8,456 bases of DNA. Origin: Octopus sinensis. Lineage: Eukaryota. The stretch is taken from contig NW_021828398.1 of the NCBI RefSeq assembly GCF_006345805.1, positions 1 to 8,456 on the forward strand, given 5' to 3'. Shown one piece after another: positions 6,210 through 8,456 of this stretch (positions are counted from its first letter, which is position 1; the number at the start of each line of letters is the position of its first letter). Position numbers and translations under genes: made by a program. The notes beneath the pieces were generated by a model. The model was not told the origin of the DNA, ran no database searches, and worked only from the letters and a program-made list of their open reading frames with translations.

Positions 6210-6428
6210 GTTTATGAGCGAAACACCTAAGCTCCACGCGTCTCCGGCAGAAGGTAATGGCGAACTTCTGCTGACTCTTTCCCCACAACTTTCTCTCACT
6301 CTTTCCTCCTGCATCTTGCAGCTCACCTGCGATGAACCGGCGTCACGTCCAGGTGGGGAATCTATACGCCAAGGAATCCGGAAAACCGGCCCTTATGAGC
6401 CAGGCTTGAGAAGGAACAAACAAGAAAC
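6210..6428 (+). mobile_element. 3' part of another SINE (family D) with a Meta/V-SINE-like core
   Basis: CCTGCGATGAACCGGCGTCACGTCCAGGTGGGG...GGAATCCGGAAAACCGGCCC resembles the conserved CCTGCGATGGACT.GC.TCCC.TCCAGGGG...GAAACCGG SINE core (from memory). It ends in an AAAC-rich tail. Confidence 0.55.
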
Positions 6429-6879
6429 ATATATATTATATATATAGACTCACACTCATACACTTACATTATGTATATGTTTGTGTGCACAGTGTGTGTG
6501 TGTGAGAGAGAGAGAGAGAGAAAGTTAAGGGGATGTAGACAAAGTGATAGAAAAATAGTAAAAAGCAGAGAAAAGCGATGCCTGTTGAAGTAAGTGAGGA
6601 GTCAGTATTTACGGAAGTGATTTATATATAACCAGCTTGCATCGAAGTATCTCGTGTCGTAAGAGTTAGCAGTTCCGACTGATAATTCCAAGTTATATTT
6701 CATTGCGATGTACTTATTTTCATTTAAATCCTAGTGGAAGCAATCTATCTTCATTACTTGATTCAGTCGGTCCCGCCCCCCGACCCCGCCATCATAGAAA
6801 TAATACCAAATGGTAATCTTAGTGTTTTGCTTAGCTTTACACACACACACAACAGTTACTAGTAGTTTGCATCGATTTA

Positions 6880-6937
6880 ATCCATCCATCCATCCATCCA
6901 TCCATCCATCCATCCATCCATCCATCCATCCATCCAT
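6880..6937. repeat. (ATCC)n microsatellite
   Basis: About 14 perfect units read directly. Confidence 0.97.
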
Positions 6938-7070
6938 ATGTGTATATGTGTGCGTGCGTGCGTGCAGGTACATGTGTGTATACATGCACACACACACACA
7001 CACACATATATGTGTGTGTATATATATATACATATATATATACCTGTATATCTATATATATATGTATATA

Positions 7071-7138
<68 letters not shown>

Positions 7139-7210
7139 ATGTATATATATGTGAATGTGTGTGTGTCTATATATATAAATATCTGTGTGTGGTTTGTGTG
7201 TGTATGTGTA

Positions 7211-7249
<39 letters not shown>

Positions 7250-7318
7250 GTCTATGTATACACACACACACCGTTCCGATATTTGCAGGCTAAAGAAACG
7301 GAGAGCTACATCCACCGC

Positions 7319-7387
<69 letters not shown>

Positions 7388-7516
7388 TATGTATATATGT
7401 ACGTATGTAAATTCATATGTACGTTAGTATGTATGTATATATGTATGTATGCATGCATGTATTTATGTATGTATGTATATATGTATGTATGCATGCATGT
7501 ATGTATGTATGTATGT
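6938..7516. repeat. Large compound microsatellite field (TA, TG/CA, TATG)
   Basis: Direct reading; interrupted only by a ~50-bp unique island at 7270-7320. Confidence 0.95.
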
Positions 7517-8064
7517 AAGCATAAATGGCAAACAAATAAAAGAACTCCTCCGCCCACTGCTGCCGTCAACGATATTCGAACCCATCTTTATCAAGTCCAT
7601 TATCAGAGTTAAATCCTTCATCAGTCTATGAAGTCTGTATAGTATTACCCAGAAAAAAACTTTTCTAACAAGCTTGTATTCGCATTTGTTTGGTTATCTT
7701 TGAGGGTACCAAGGACGGAATAAAAAATAAAATGTTTATATTTTGTGACAAAAGCAAGACCACACCTTTGCACTTTATTCCTTTAATTTTTGTTTGTTTC
7801 TTTTTCTTTTTTTTTTCTCCTCCATCACTTTCATCCCTAAATAGCGGCCCTGATTCAGCAACTTCTTCAAGAATTCTTCGTCGTTTATATCAACACTTAG
7901 CTTGTTGCATTTTTCTATGAGTCTTGGATTCAGATGCATTTCGTTTATTCGTGGATCGAGCGTCGCTATTGTCTCTTTTCTGTCTGCACATTTCTTGGTA
8001 TCATGGAATAATTGGCATTCTATCGGTTACAAACATGAAGATTGCGGTTGATACAATCAATGCA

Positions 8065-8288
8065 AGAGCCTGCTCGTGAAATTAACGAACAAGTGGCCGA
8101 GCACTTCACAGACACGGCTACCCTTAGTATGGCTCTGAGGGAGATTCAACGTGAGACATAATGTGGCAATGCTGGCCTTTTGAGTTACTGGTACAACTAA
8201 TTTTTCTCAAATGAATTGACTCGAGCGACGTGAAATAAAGTACCTTGCTCAAGGACAAAATTCCTCACTAGAATTCGAACTCACAACC
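8065..8288 (-). mobile_element. SINE family B (tRNA B box + CORE-like segment), missing its 5'-most head
   Basis: Minus strand reads GGTTGTGAGTTCGAATTC (B box) ... TGTCCTTGAGCAAGGTACTTTATTTCACGTCGCTCGAGTCAATTCA ... GTGTCTGTGAAGTGCTCGGCCACTTGTTCGTTAATTTCACGAGCAGGC. It resembles a common cephalopod SINE (from memory). Confidence 0.7.
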
Positions 8289-8456
8289 GCTAGGTTACGG
8301 GGACGTAAACACACCACCATCGGTTGTCAAGCGATGTTAGGGAGACAAATACAGACACACAAACATATACGCACACAAACATATATATATACATATATAC
8401 GACGGGCTTCTTTCAGTTTCTGTTTACCAAATCCACTCACATGGCTTTGGTCGCCC
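8285..8456 (-). mobile_element. SINE family A, middle part, cut by the window edge
   Basis: Reverse complement ...GTGGATTTGGTAAACAGAAACTGAAAGAAGCCCGTCG(TA/TG)n...CGCTTGACAACCGATGGTGGTGTGTTTACGTCCCCGTAACCTAGCGGTT joins the 5' and 3' halves that the mariner separates at 239-1550. Confidence 0.88.

Noticed and set aside
7270-7320. Unique island with a TTTGCAG acceptor-like site as a micro-exon
   Set aside because: There is no polypyrimidine tract or nearby GT donor, and nothing else supports it.
6731-7631. Multiple ORFs of 60-224 aa rich in Y/I/V/C/M/H/T
   Set aside because: They are translations of TA/TG/CA/TATG/ATCC microsatellites, which lack stop codons; not genes.

Overview
Repeat-saturated, AT-rich eukaryotic non-coding DNA with no intact protein-coding gene. 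The SINE families and the very dense (TA)/(TG)/(TATG) microsatellites look like an octopus/cephalopod genome; this is from memory, not a search. The window holds about eight tRNA-derived SINE pieces from about four families and a degenerate tRNA-Asp. DNA-transposon remnants are a non-autonomous mariner built from two inverted 5' ends and nested inside a SINE, plus a frameshifted Tc1/mariner (DUF4817-type) transposase. Retroelement remnants are the 3' end of an RLE-type (R2/R4/NeSL superfamily) LINE, the 3' end of a CR1-clade LINE whose tail stem-loop is shared with the main SINE, and a Penelope-like repeat with a degenerate hammerhead-ribozyme motif. A ~1.07 kb near-perfect palindrome (2448-3520) has an arm-difference pattern that suggests a long-read fold-back artefact, although a real palindrome is not excluded. 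I found no convincing wholly new biological system; the best leads are the fold-back mariner, the LINE/SINE co-varying tail hairpin, the hammerhead motif and the palindrome.
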